Source of the DNA: Halobacteriovoraceae bacterium
GTDB taxonomy: Bacteria > Bdellovibrionota > Bacteriovoracia > Bacteriovoracales > Bacteriovoracaceae
Direction of reading: 5' to 3'
Assembly: GCA_963719505.1 (NCBI GenBank)
Contig: CAVRCF010000001.1
Location: 64,001 to 128,000, forward strand
DNA: 64,000 nucleotides
In this document: positions 47,634 through 58,360 of the stretch, piece by piece
Position numbering within the stretch: the stretch's first letter is position 1
Layout: the number at the start of each line of letters is the position of its first letter
Made by a program: the position numbers and the translations under genes
Notes under the pieces: model-generated
Seen by the model: only the letters and a program-made list of their open reading frames with translations
What the model was told of the DNA's origin: nothing
Databases searched by the model: none

Positions 47634-48345
47634 GACTAACTAAAGCCAAATATTCAATATTACCGCTCTTATTGCCCTTTATCGGGGACTCAATCATTTT
47701 TAAAATTGTATAACCAGATTCTTCAAACCAGGTCCTTACTTCTTCAATGATTATAGGAAGATCATTTTGAGAGACAAGTCCTTGCTTTCCCAGTCTTTCG
47801 CGACCAGCTTCAAACTGGGGCTTAATCAGCACAACACTTTTTCCACCCTTTTTTAAAAGAGCATGAATATTTTTGTACACAAGTTTTAGGGAAATAAAGG
47901 AGAGATCAACAACACAGAGATCTACTTTTTCTTCAAGTTCCAAAGGAAATTTTATATTTGTTCCTTCAAGATTGATCACTCTTTCATCGTCTTTTAATAA
48001 TGGTGATAGTTGGTCATGTCCCACATCGATGGCATAAACTTTCTGAGCATCGGCATTCAAGGCCACTTGAGTGAAGCCACCAGTGCTCGCCCCGACATCG
48101 GCCACAACGAGACCTTGCAAATTTAATCCAAATTCTCTAATGGCTTTTTCTAACTTATAAGCTCCACGCGAGACAAAAATATTCATCTCTTTGATTTCAA
48201 ACTTATCTTCTGGGCTTACTTTAAGACCTGCTTTTGTGACTAGTATTTCATTATGATAGACACAATCTTGGGCGATGAGCATTTTGGCTTGAGACCTGGT
48301 TTTAAGGAGACCAAGGTCAACTAGTACTTTATCTATTCTATCCAT
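47620..48345 (-). CDS. tlyA: TlyA family rRNA methyltransferase
   Basis: S4 domain RIDK; FVSRGAYKL, DVGASTGGFT, DVGHDQL, DLSFISL, LIKPQFE. Confidence 0.92.
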   Translation of the reverse strand: MDRIDKVLVDLGLLKTRSQAKMLIAQDCVYHNEILVTKAGLKVSPEDKFEIKEMNIFVSRGAYKLEKAIREFGLNLQGLVVADVGASTGGFTQVALNADAQKVYAIDVGHDQLSPLLKDDERVINLEGTNIKFPLELEEKVDLCVVDLSFISLKLVYKNIHALLKKGGKSVVLIKPQFEAGRERLGKQGLVSQNDLPIIIEEVRTWFEESGYTILKMIESPIKGNKSGNIEYLALVSLKEI

Positions 48346-49144
48346 GAAGCTCAGCAATTCCTTCGTAAATAGGCGTCACGGCTCCTTGAAAATAAAGCTC
48401 TTTGAAATCTTTATCCACGATCGCCTTTAAAGTTCCACCACGGGCTTCAATAGTAATTTCACCAACCCAATTGAATATTTTTGCCGCTGCAATAGCTGTG
48501 GCCATAATTCCAGTTCCACAGCAAAGAGTTTCATCCTCGACACCTCTTTCAAAAACTCGAAGCTTCAAGTGTTTTTTATCAGCATCTAAAACTTGAAAAA
48601 AATCGACATTGGTTCCGCTCTTTCCAAAGCGCTCGTCAAACCGGATAGCACTTCCAAGACTTTTGATATTAATTTGCTCAACATCCGTAACCTGTAAAAC
48701 GGCATGAGGCACACCGGTATTTAAATAGAGACTGGCTTTGGTTGAAAGATCAGAGATATCAATTGAGCCCACGTCAAAAAGTTCTGTCATTTTAATTCGA
48801 ACTTCATCTCCAACGACCTCTCCTTCATAAACACCATTCATCGTATCAAAGATATATTTTGGGCCATCTTTAAGCTTTAAACTTTTAGAAGCGTAGTGAA
48901 CAATTGATCGAGAGGCGTTTCCGCACATTTCAGCTTCCGAGCCATCGGCATTCCAAATACGAAAAGAGAAATCATGACCTTTTGATGATGGGTTTAAAAA
49001 AACGACGCCGTCAGCTCCAATGCCTTCCCTTCTTTTACATAGGTTGATGATATGTTCTTTACTCAGGTCGAATGACTCATTGCGATTATCAATAATAACA
49101 AAATCATTCCCAGACCCAGAGTACTTAATAAAAGGGATCTTCAT
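48338..49144 (-). CDS. dapF: Diaminopimelate epimerase
   Basis: GSGNDF, GIGADG, NADGSEAEMCGN, GVPH, ERGVEDETLCCGTG. Confidence 0.95.
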   Translation of the reverse strand: MKIPFIKYSGSGNDFVIIDNRNESFDLSKEHIINLCKRREGIGADGVVFLNPSSKGHDFSFRIWNADGSEAEMCGNASRSIVHYASKSLKLKDGPKYIFDTMNGVYEGEVVGDEVRIKMTELFDVGSIDISDLSTKASLYLNTGVPHAVLQVTDVEQINIKSLGSAIRFDERFGKSGTNVDFFQVLDADKKHLKLRVFERGVEDETLCCGTGIMATAIAAAKIFNWVGEITIEARGGTLKAIVDKDFKELYFQGAVTPIYEGIAELHG

Positions 49145-49185
49145 ATTGACTCCATGCTAAAATTCAATCTATTAATATCATGGAA

Positions 49186-49211
49186 TTAATGATTCCCAAA
49201 TCACTAATTTT
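49186..49211 (+). repeat. Left 26-bp direct repeat of glycosylation island
   Basis: TTAATGATTCCCAAATCACTAATTTT; one mismatch to 57895-57920. Confidence 0.8.
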
Positions 49212-49352
49212 ACTGCATTCTAACAGACTTAACCTTGCGCACAATTCACTTAAAGTCGTTAATTACTCCCGCTGTTATAACCTCTATCTGTTATTGAAAC
49301 AGATCCTATGCTAGATTTTAATGACGTTGGATATTTCCCAAAAGGATGACTT

Positions 49353-50270
49353 ATTAAAATTGCCGTTTTGATACCTTGCTTAGAAGAAGAAGTTACCATA
49401 ACGAAAGTGGTAACTGACTTTAGATTGGCTTTGCCCAGTGCAGATATCTACGTCTATGATAATAACTCAACTGATTCAACATTCAAAAAAGCCAAAGACG
49501 CAGGCGCGCTGGTCAAAAAGGAAATGCAAAAAGGAAAAGGTAATGTTATCCGCTCCATGTTCAGAGAAATTGAAGCCGATATTTATATTTTAGTTGATGG
49601 TGACGAAACCTATCCTGCAAATATGGCCCAGGACTTAATTCAGCCCTTGCTAGATCAAACTGCAGACATGGTCGTTGGCGACAGAATCTCTCGAGGAGAC
49701 TATGACCTGGCCAACGATAGAAACTTACACAGCTTTGGGAATAAATTCATATCCTCTTTAATTAATCTCTTTTTTAGAACTGACTTAAAAGATATCATGA
49801 GTGGTTTTAGAGCGTTCAATAAAAAGTTTGTTAAGACGATACCGATTCACAGTCATGGTTTTGAGGTTGAAACAGAGATGACCCTTCACTGCCTGGATAA
49901 AAATATTAAAATCAAAGAAGTCCCCATAGAGTATAAATCAAGACCTAAAGGCAGCTACTCTAAACTCAATACATTCTCTGATGGCTTTAAAATCCTAAAA
50001 ACTATTTTTTGGCTGATAAAAGACTTTAAACCAATCGTTTTCTTTTCATTCATTTCTCTAGGTTTTCTTATTGCGACACTCATCATAGGTATCCCCGTTA
50101 TTAATGAGTTTTTAAATCTTGGATATATTAACATACTACCGTCTGCGATTTTGGCAACGGGATTAGCAATGATCAGCGTGATAACATTACTAGTTGGAAT
50201 TATCCTTGATTCGATATCAAGTAACCAAAGAGATCAATTCCAACATTACTACACAAACTATAAAGGCTAA
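49353..50270 (+). CDS. GT2 glycosyltransferase (polyprenol-phosphate sugar synthase-like) with two C-terminal TMs
   Basis: KIAVLIPC, YDNNSTD, GKGNV, VDGDETY, DIMSGFRAF, GFEVETE; start apparently ATT 49353. Confidence 0.88.
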   Translation: MKIAVLIPCLEEEVTITKVVTDFRLALPSADIYVYDNNSTDSTFKKAKDAGALVKKEMQKGKGNVIRSMFREIEADIYILVDGDETYPANMAQDLIQPLLDQTADMVVGDRISRGDYDLANDRNLHSFGNKFISSLINLFFRTDLKDIMSGFRAFNKKFVKTIPIHSHGFEVETEMTLHCLDKNIKIKEVPIEYKSRPKGSYSKLNTFSDGFKILKTIFWLIKDFKPIVFFSFISLGFLIATLIIGIPVINEFLNLGYINILPSAILATGLAMISVITLLVGIILDSISSNQRDQFQHYYTNYKG

Positions 50271-50279
50271 AAGCATAAG

Positions 50280-51687
50280 ATGAATAATCCTGTAACAAAA
50301 TTAATTATCATCTCACCTCCTGCTAAAAAGATAGTTGAACCTCATTACGATCGACCAGAGTTTCCAAGACCAGCTCTCGCCTATTTAAAAACGTATCTAA
50401 ACCAAAAGACTAACGATATCACCATAGACGCACTTGACTGCAAATTTGAAAGACTCAGTATCGACAAAACGATTCCCCTTATTTTGAGTTCCGACTATGA
50501 TTTAGTTTGCATTACGGCTTTCACTTCAGAGATAAATTCGGCCATGGAACTGGCAAAGACATTAAAGGACAATCACTTTCAAGGAAAGATAATGATCGGA
50601 GGTGTGCACGCAACAGCACTGCCGCTTGAGACGATGCAAGAGTCCTCATCTTTTGACTACTTAATTGCAGGCGAAGGTGAGAAACCATTACTTGATTTCC
50701 TCAATTGTATTAACCAGAATAAGGAACTCGACTTGGTGCCAGGCCTTATTTATCGCAGAAGACGACCAGATAATAAAGTCACTAAACTTTGCCTCTCGTC
50801 ACAGTGTCTTTAGTGAAATTTACAAACCAGACTGGAGTTGGTTCAAAAGAAAACCAACGGAGCTTAGAGTTATGGCACAGAAGGGCTGTCCCTACACTTG
50901 TGATTTCTGTGCCAATCCAAACGGAAGAAAAACGGTCAAAAGAGATGTCGATGGAATTGTGTCAGAGATCTCTGAGTTCTATCAAAGTCATGGCGTAACC
51001 AAAATTAGTTTTGATGATGAAATATTTGGCCTCGATAATCAATATAGCATTGAGCTTATTAATAAAATCGATCAATTAAATATACCTTCGCTTCATATTA
51101 GTATTATGGCCCATGCCAGATGCATGAATCAAAAGCTCGCCGATGCCTTTGGAAATTTTAAAGGGACATTTCAAATAGGACTTGGCATGGAAACTGGAGA
51201 TGAAACCAGATTAAAAGAAATTGGAAAGTCCCTAAGTAAAGAGATTGTAAACCTCGCCGTGAATAGACTTAAAAAGTACAAAAATATTTCAATAGAAGGT
51301 TTATTCATTATAGGCCATCCAAGAGAGAACTTTAGAAGTGCTCTTTCCAGTATTTTCTTCGCCGCGAGCTTAAATATAGATCTAGCCGTTTTCGGGATCA
51401 TGGTCCCTTATCCAGGAACTCAAATCTGGAAAGATATGAAAGAAAATAAAAATGATTACAGAATGATTCTTTCAAACTGGGATGAGTTCAATAAACAAAT
51501 TAGCTCTGGCTTTGAGTTAAAAAACTTCAAACGATGGCAACTAGAATTCCTACAATTCTTTGGTTACAACTACTTTTTCTTAAAACGACTAAAACTCTTT
51601 AGTTGGGCAAAATTCATCTACGTTAGAAAGCATGAAATATTTTTTGCCTTTCGAAATTTTATAGGCAATGTAATTTTACGCAGATGA
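50280..51687 (+). pseudogene. B12-binding-domain radical SAM enzyme, split by a frameshift near 50757
   Basis: ORF1 IGGVHAT..GEGE..VPGLIYR; ORF2 KGCPYTCDFC, DDEIF, GMETG, FIIGHP.E, PYPGT. Confidence 0.8.
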
Positions 51688-53042
51688 CGAAGAAGATATA
51701 TAAAACATATTTATTGTCTCTAGCATCCTTAATCATTATAGGGGTAATCGCGAGCTTGAACGCCAAATACTTCTCCAGCGACGGGGCGAACTACCTCTTT
51801 ACTCTTTTAAGTACAGGTGAGCTCTACTCGTATCAAGAAGGTCGAGTCGCAGCTCACTATATTTTGAAAACGCCAACCTGGCTTTTGATTACCATGGGTG
51901 TTAAAAACTTTGACCTCATCTCTTTTTCAATGGGTTTTTCTTTTTATCTTCAAATGATTTTAGGTATAGTTCTCTCGTTCAAGATCCTTAGCCAAAAGAA
52001 CAAGATCTATATTTTGTACCCAATCATTTCGACTTTCCTTTTCTCTATGAATACTGAGTACGCCATAGAGTCTGAATCGTTATTTTTAAACTCCGTCTTT
52101 TGGCCTGTCTTCTTTTACATCTACGAGTTCAGAAGATTAGATTGGAATGCTCTTTTATATTTGCCACTCGCTCTTGCTCTCGCTTTCTCCTACGAGACCT
52201 TTTGTCTGATTGCATTGTTTATTATTTTTAATATCTTTAAAAGTAATTTTATTCCGTTAAAAGCAAAGATTACAAGTACCATTTTTCTTTTATTACTTTC
52301 AGCACTCCAGTTAAGAAATATTATTTTCCATGAATATCCAGACAATGTTGGTCGCTATATTTATTCCGTCAAAGCGGGATTTTTTGGACTCGGATCAATG
52401 GGAATGAATTTTTTCCCGTACAGAAATATATATTTTGTTTTTGTGATATTTTTTTCTATCTTTCTCCTCATAAGCGCGTTTTCAAGGACCTTACAAAAGT
52501 CTAAGTATCTCTTTATCTTTCTACTCATAGGTGCCGCTTGCTTGGTCATCACCTACTACTACCCTACAGCGGTCTCTAGGAACTCTCAATTTTCGACCAG
52601 AAGTTTAACATCGATTGCCCCAGCTATTATGTCTCTTATTTTTTTTATTGGACTAAGGACCAGAAAAGTCATCAATTATGCTTTTGTGAGTCAGGGCGTG
52701 ACCTTTATAATTTTATTTCAGTCGCCCCTCTCATTAATAACCACAGTCCACTGGAAAAGTTTTGATCGCAATTTAAATATAGCTTTAAAAGATAAAAATG
52801 GCGTTGTCCTTTTAAGGGATACTTTGATTCGACGAAAGATTGAGTCTGGAGAAATAAGTACAAATTATTTATTTTGGTCAGTTCCACTCTATTCTATTTT
52901 TCTTGATAAAGATAAAACGATCGATGCCCTTTTATACGAAAAAAATTATCACTCTGACATGATGAACATGTTGGATCAAATAAAGCAACACAAAGCTACT
53001 TTTGAAAAATACGGCTTTGAGATGAGAGTCTATGAGCAGTAA
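51684..53042 (+). CDS. Polytopic membrane protein (possible GT-C fold glycosyltransferase)
   Basis: About 11 TM segments, DG in first loop, soluble tail; lies between GT2 genes. Confidence 0.55.
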   Translation: MTKKIYKTYLLSLASLIIIGVIASLNAKYFSSDGANYLFTLLSTGELYSYQEGRVAAHYILKTPTWLLITMGVKNFDLISFSMGFSFYLQMILGIVLSFKILSQKNKIYILYPIISTFLFSMNTEYAIESESLFLNSVFWPVFFYIYEFRRLDWNALLYLPLALALAFSYETFCLIALFIIFNIFKSNFIPLKAKITSTIFLLLLSALQLRNIIFHEYPDNVGRYIYSVKAGFFGLGSMGMNFFPYRNIYFVFVIFFSIFLLISAFSRTLQKSKYLFIFLLIGAACLVITYYYPTAVSRNSQFSTRSLTSIAPAIMSLIFFIGLRTRKVINYAFVSQGVTFIILFQSPLSLITTVHWKSFDRNLNIALKDKNGVVLLRDTLIRRKIESGEISTNYLFWSVPLYSIFLDKDKTIDALLYEKNYHSDMMNMLDQIKQHKATFEKYGFEMRVYEQ

Positions 53043-53730
53043 GATACAACTAAATATCATTCTGCCCATTTATAATGAAGAAGAGAACTTAGATGCATTA
53101 ATTCTCGAAATCATTGCCACATCAAAAAGAAATAATATTGATCCAACTATCGTCACAGTTAACGATGGAAGTACTGATGAAACAAAAAGGGTTATTTCTA
53201 AATACTCAGAACTTATCAGTATTATTTACTGTGAGCATTCAATGAATAAAGGGTATGCCAAAAGTATTTGTACCGGTATTAAAGAGGCAAACAATGGCGG
53301 CTATCTTCTTATCATGGACTCCGATAACCAATTCAATTTCAATAGCATCATACAACTTCTGGCCTATAGAGAAGATTACGATGTCATTATCGGCCAAAGG
53401 CAAGACAGAAAAGATAATTTTTTAAGAAGACTCTTAGGGAAAGTCTGGAGCCTTATAGGACGAGCTATCTTCCAAACAAGAATCCCCGATCTTAATTGTG
53501 GCTTTAAGCTTTTTAAAACAGATCTCATCAAGAAAGTTCAGATTGATTCTAAGGGGCCAGGGGTTAACTTGGAAATATTCTCTGATCCAATCATAAAGTC
53601 TTGTTTAATCAAGAAGGTTAATATTGAACACTACCCTAGAGAGTTTGGTGTTCAGTCCGGAGCGAGTGTGAAAACAATTACCTCCAGTCTTAGCGATCTA
53701 TTTGTCATCACGAGGAAGAGGTTTTTTTAG
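53032..53730 (+). CDS. GT2 glycosyltransferase (DPM1-like)
   Basis: LPIYNEEENL, VNDGSTD, NKGY, MDSDNQF, DLNCGFKLF. Confidence 0.9.
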   Translation: MSSKIQLNIILPIYNEEENLDALILEIIATSKRNNIDPTIVTVNDGSTDETKRVISKYSELISIIYCEHSMNKGYAKSICTGIKEANNGGYLLIMDSDNQFNFNSIIQLLAYREDYDVIIGQRQDRKDNFLRRLLGKVWSLIGRAIFQTRIPDLNCGFKLFKTDLIKKVQIDSKGPGVNLEIFSDPIIKSCLIKKVNIEHYPREFGVQSGASVKTITSSLSDLFVITRKRFF

Positions 53731-55186
53731 CTTTAGAAGCTTAACTTCATACCCTTGCCCAAGCCAAAACTGAGTCCCCTCAACATAGACATAGTTCTCT
53801 TTAATAAAGTTATTTAGCTTTTCAGAGAATAAGAGACACGTTGTAGTCATAGGTTATAAGAGGGGGAACGATCCTTCTCGTGATAATACTTTCTTCTATA
53901 AACTCTTTCTCTTCTTTTGACATCATTAGAAAAACACCTTCGTGAATGAATTGGTAACTCCCTATATGTTGACGAAATGTTGCAAACAGTGGGTTCCCCC
54001 CAAAGATGATATCGTTTTTTTGCGTATGTTTAGTGATGTAACTTAAAATTTTTTCTTGGGTTTCACGATAGGATGACTTTTTTGTACTATACCTTGGATA
54101 GGTATAATATAAATTGACACTAACAAGCCCAATTACGAGAAGGCCTTGAACTTCTTTTCGCTTAAACACCTCTAAAAAGCACATCACAAAGTATAGAATT
54201 GATGGAATAAGGATTAAATAGAACTGTAAAGCTGAGACAGGGACTAGTAATAATGAATATATAAAACCAAAAGATATTAATCCCAAACAAGACGCTAAAC
54301 TTATTTATTGATCTGCCTTTTATACTTCTAAAGAGCTCAGCACAAAGACCCAACCCACAAAATAGTAACTCAAACTTCATTCCCCTGAAAAATGCGGATG
54401 TATGATAGATATGACTTCCAACCTTTTTCCACTTAAAGTTTGTCATTATATTTTGTTCTATAAATTCATCCCCCGCATTAAGAAGACAAAAGACTAAATA
54501 GAGAAGAAGAAATGGAGTCAATAAAAGACAAAAGCACTTTAAGTTTTCAATCAACAGATCGCGTTTACTTTTAAAGGCAAACAAGAAAATATGGCAAACA
54601 ATTAAGCTGGGTAAAAGAACCAAATACTTTTGCGTAAAGATGATGGCCACCCCATAATACAAATAGCTCATGTTTAGCTTCTTGACGTTATTTAGCTTAA
54701 TGCCCTTAACAAGATAGAAGAGACTAAGCATAGCAAAAAACAGACCTGGAACATCAGGTCTAAATTCAATTGCTTTACTCAAGAAGACACTATTGGCTAT
54801 AAAGAGCAATAAAGTGAGGTAAGCAAAAAAGTTATTTTTTATTAATGAAATTATCTTTACCATGACGACTGAACTCATAATAAAAAATATCTGTAAAAAA
54901 TAGCGAGATGTTTTGAATAGACCGAGTGTTTCTTCTGACTTGTTTCTAAATCTGTATAAAAACTAAATAAAAATGAACTTAGAATATATAAACCTGGAAA
55001 ATGATGCTCAAAATAGTCCCTATAAGGAACCTTTCCATTAAAGAGATTCCAAGTAGCATTGAGATGTTGAAATTCATCATGGTCGTAATATCTTGTTTCA
55101 ATCAAGATCACTCTCAAAAAAAGAAATGCCAAAATTAAGACGAAGACGCAAAGATAGAGAATATTGAGAACCTTCTTATCTTTCAT
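53698..55186 (-). pseudogene. ArnT/PMT-like membrane glycosyltransferase in about four fragments
   Basis: DHDEFQHL..G..PYRDYFEHHFPG, EFRPD, FTQK spread over 54875..55186, 54162..54878, 53822..54286 and a tail frame. Confidence 0.65.
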
Positions 55187-56220
55187 AAATTCTCACCCAT
55201 TACTCTTCTAACTGTATTATAGATAGCCCTATGCCCTTGTTCCTTCCAATGTCCATATTCTTTAAAGACGTGACCACTTTCTTTTTTAATCGCTCTAAAT
55301 TCTGGTCTGGCAGAGAAGCAGTCGATATTTTGCTCTTTACAGAAATCGAACATAAACGTCTCGTACTTAAAATCCTTCGTCTCCATCACATTAGCTTCTT
55401 GAGCAATTGGTGTATAAATAATATTCAGTTTTGAATGGTTTTTTTGAGCGACAACGACCATTTCTTCTAGGATTTTTGTTGCCATAAACTTTATCTCTTT
55501 AACGTATTTGAGATTATTATAACTGAGTCTCATATACATGATCGGTAATAACTCTAGCGATTTTAAACGCCAAAACTCTTTCTCGATAGCTTGATCTCTT
55601 TTCACAATATGATCAGTGTGTAGTACTAGTTTATCTTCCCATGTATAATATGGTTTAAAATAGTCATGAAAGCTTAGAATGTTTCGGTGAAGATCGGTAA
55701 AGTTGAAAAAGATGAATTGTCCTTACTGGTTTATACTTTTCGACATACCTTTTAAAAGTAAGAAGCATTTGATCATTTCCATAACCACTAACACCTAAAT
55801 TATAAAATTTATATTCTTTAGAGTTCGAATTTAAGATAGATGCGTATCCTTATCACTAGATTCATCTCCAAAAACAAAAGAATCTCCAAGAAGAAAAACA
55901 ACTTTTTGGTGCTCTGTTGAAAAATCAAATTGATTACGATACCCCAACGAGTTTGTTGTCAATTTTTGATCATTTTGAAATGTATCTATTTTTAATTTGG
56001 CTTATATATCCACCCAAGCTCAGGATCAAACACCATAAGTGTATACTGCTTTTCTGGGGAATATCCTTATTGAACTTGTACCACGTAACTCGTCTATAAA
56101 AAGAATGAGGTGAGGCAACTCTTTGTGACAGGTAATCATTAAATAGTATGAATCTTGCAATTAATTCTAGAATAATGAACACGATACATATTAGAATGAT
56201 AAAATAGGGGATTTTGTTTA
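55183..56220 (-). pseudogene. SGNH/GDSL hydrolase-like protein, multiply frameshifted (5' end approximate)
   Basis: N-terminal TM ELIARF; LLGDSFVFG encoded near 55870-55895; C-terminal GHWKEQGH. Confidence 0.6.
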
Positions 56221-56229
56221 CTTAACACC

Positions 56230-57775
56230 ATGGATCAACTTATCAATAAAAAAAGTTACTCTCTCATTTATATCTTAATTTTATCAGTATATCTTATCGC
56301 CGGTTTACTTGTACATGACAATTATGGGATTACCTGGGACGAGTTTCGAAATAAAGATTACGCTCAACAGATGAGTAAAACATGGGATAAAACGGATTAC
56401 AACAAGGTTGTAGGAGACGGCGAGTCCCATGCAGCCCTCGAGGAGCCCTATATCTGATAGCTCTCAATAAACTCGATAGTTTTTTTGTTCCTGAAGATAA
56501 TATTTATAAAAGCTTTAAAGTGAGAAGGCTTATTAATCATCTTTTCTTTTTTATAAGTTCTATTCTCTTTCTTCTTTTGTCAGAAAATTATTTGTCAGAC
56601 GAAAGGTTTTCTCTCATCAGTATCCTTATGTTCCTTCTCATGCCCAGAATGTACGCCCATAGTTTTTATAATCCTATCGATATACCATTTTTATGCTTCT
56701 TTACATTTTTTCTTATTTCCCTTCATTCACTTATCAAAAAGCTTACTTGGAAAGGGTTAATTTTAAACTCTATTATCTGTGCCATCGTTACGCATCTAAG
56801 AACAGTTGGAGAAATAAGTATACTGATCACGATGATATTTCTTTTTGTAAATCTGATACAGCAAAAAGCCTATACCAAAGACTTAAAGTTTCATTTTGTT
56901 TTTCATCGTTACTAGTATCAGCCTCTATATCCTGATAACTCCCTTTCTTTGGCCTAATCTCTTTGAGCGCTTTATTGTTTTGCATAATTACAGCTTATAC
57001 TACCAGCCCGTGATTCACGCTATTCTCTCTTAGGTGATGTCATTCCAAGCAACCAACTCCCATGGCACTACACAATTACCTGGATCTCTATTACTCTCCC
57101 TTCCATATATCTACTCGGTTTTATGTATTCATACACAACTAGTTTAATAAACATAAAGGGCCATATAAAATTGAATGATATATTCAGTACCCTTATATTT
57201 ATCTTTATTTCGATTATTCTCTTTGCGGCCTGTGCTTTCAACTATTCAAAATATAATGATTGGAGACATTTTTATTTTATTTATCCAGCCATTATTCTTT
57301 TAACAACAATAACTCTATCAAAAATATCAAACTACAAGATCAAGAACTTAATCGTTTTGATCTTTGGTATTCAGTTTGTCCTTACCATCTATGATATTGT
57401 CTCATTCCACCCACACCAGATTACATACTTCAATCGATTAAGTGGTGGAATTACAAAAGCCGAAGGTAACTTCCCTTTAGAATATTTTGGAAGTTCTTTC
57501 CGTCAATCTCTAGAATATATCGACCTTGAAGATCAAAGCAGGAAAAAATTAAAGTTGCTTTTTTTCCTCTTCCAATTGGTTTAGATAATCTGAATGCGCT
57601 TCCCAAAAAGATGCGTAGTCGGTTTGAACTATCCTCTGCCCAAGAAGCAGATTACCTTTTAACAAAGTGGATTTTTAAGCCATATACGAAAAGCCTTGAG
57701 AGATATAAGCCTTACTTATACAAGTCACTGAAGGTGAAAGATATTTCAATTCACAAGATATATAAACTCAAATAA
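56230..57775 (+). pseudogene. GT39/PMT-like membrane glycosyltransferase, multiply frameshifted
   Basis: YGITWDE, PRMYAHSFYNPIDIPF, YNDWRHFYFIYP, HPHQITYFN across at least four frames. Confidence 0.65.
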
Positions 57776-57894
57776 CGTCATTACAAATCTGTTGCTAAAG
57801 CCTTACCACGACTGAGAAGTTGTTACTAAAAGGCCCTTCAGAGCTTAACCCTCCGCACAACTCAGATAAAAAAAGTCCTCTCTTTAGCCTAATT

Positions 57895-57920
57895 TTAATG
57901 ATTCCCAAATCGCTAATTTT
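57895..57920 (+). repeat. Right 26-bp direct repeat; holds the putative -35 of the tRNA promoter
   Basis: TTAATGATTCCCAAATCGCTAATTTT; TTCCCA-N17-TATGAT (57902-57930). Confidence 0.8.
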
Positions 57921-57949
57921 TCACTATGATCTTACGCCTAACCCCATAT

Positions 57950-58026
57950 GGAGCATTAGCTCAGTTGGTTAGAGCCCCCGGCTCATAACCGGGTGGTCGC
58001 AAGTTCAAGTCTTGCATGCTCCACCA
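57950..58026 (+). tRNA. tRNA with CAT anticodon, non-initiator; more likely Ile2 (lysidine) than elongator Met
   Basis: Cloverleaf: GGAGCAT/ATGCTCC, CCCGG-CTCATAA-CCGGG, GCAAG-TTCAAGT-CTTGC, encoded CCA; G1-C72 paired, no C3-G70. Confidence 0.92.
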
Positions 58027-58030
58027 ATTT

Positions 58031-58080
58031 AAAAAAGCCCAGTGAATATGAGCGCAAGCGATTATTTATTGGGCTTTTTT
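58031..58080 (+). terminator. tRNA terminator hairpin
   Basis: AAAAAAGCCCAGTGAATA...TATTTATTGGGCTTTTTT. Confidence 0.75.
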
Positions 58081-58095
58081 AATTTGTGATTATGG

Positions 58096-58220
58096 GTGAG
58101 ACTTGAAGGGAACAAAAGGCGCCATCAGGCGAAAAGTGAGCAGGAGCGAACGACAGCTTTTGTGAGGTGAGGCTACGCAGGTTTGAGCTGGATGCGAAAA
58201 CCGTAGGAGCCAAGTCTTGC
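58096..58220. other. tRNA-linked branched palindromic element bounded by T-arm-related sequences
   Basis: GTGAGACTTGAA...CAAGTCTTGC ends; internal TGAGC-N4/5-GCGA hairpins. Confidence 0.55.
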
Positions 58221-58360
58221 TCTAGTTAAATAAATCAATTGATGAGTTTTAAAGAAGCTCGTCCAAAAACTAGCGTTTTTGCAGTCTTTTTTATTTCAAG
58301 TATTTACTAATTCCAATAGTCCCCCCTCTCTTGCTTATTAGAAGCTAGCAAGAAGAATTT

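Larger units (their letters stand above)
49186..57920. mobile_element. Putative genomic island with surface-glycosylation genes, no integrase seen
   Basis: Flanking 26-bp repeats, tRNA-adjacent, accessory gene content. Confidence 0.55.

Noticed and set aside
49227-49233. attC-like RYYYAAC cores near the island ends
   Set aside because: No matching GTTRRRY with an attC-type palindrome, and no integrase.
57950-58026. Initiator tRNA-fMet
   Set aside because: G1-C72 is paired and the anticodon stem lacks three consecutive G-C pairs next to the loop.
58036-58044. AGCCCAGTG shared between the tRNA terminator and the IS target duplication
   Set aside because: Only 9 bp and a single instance; not enough to claim target preference.
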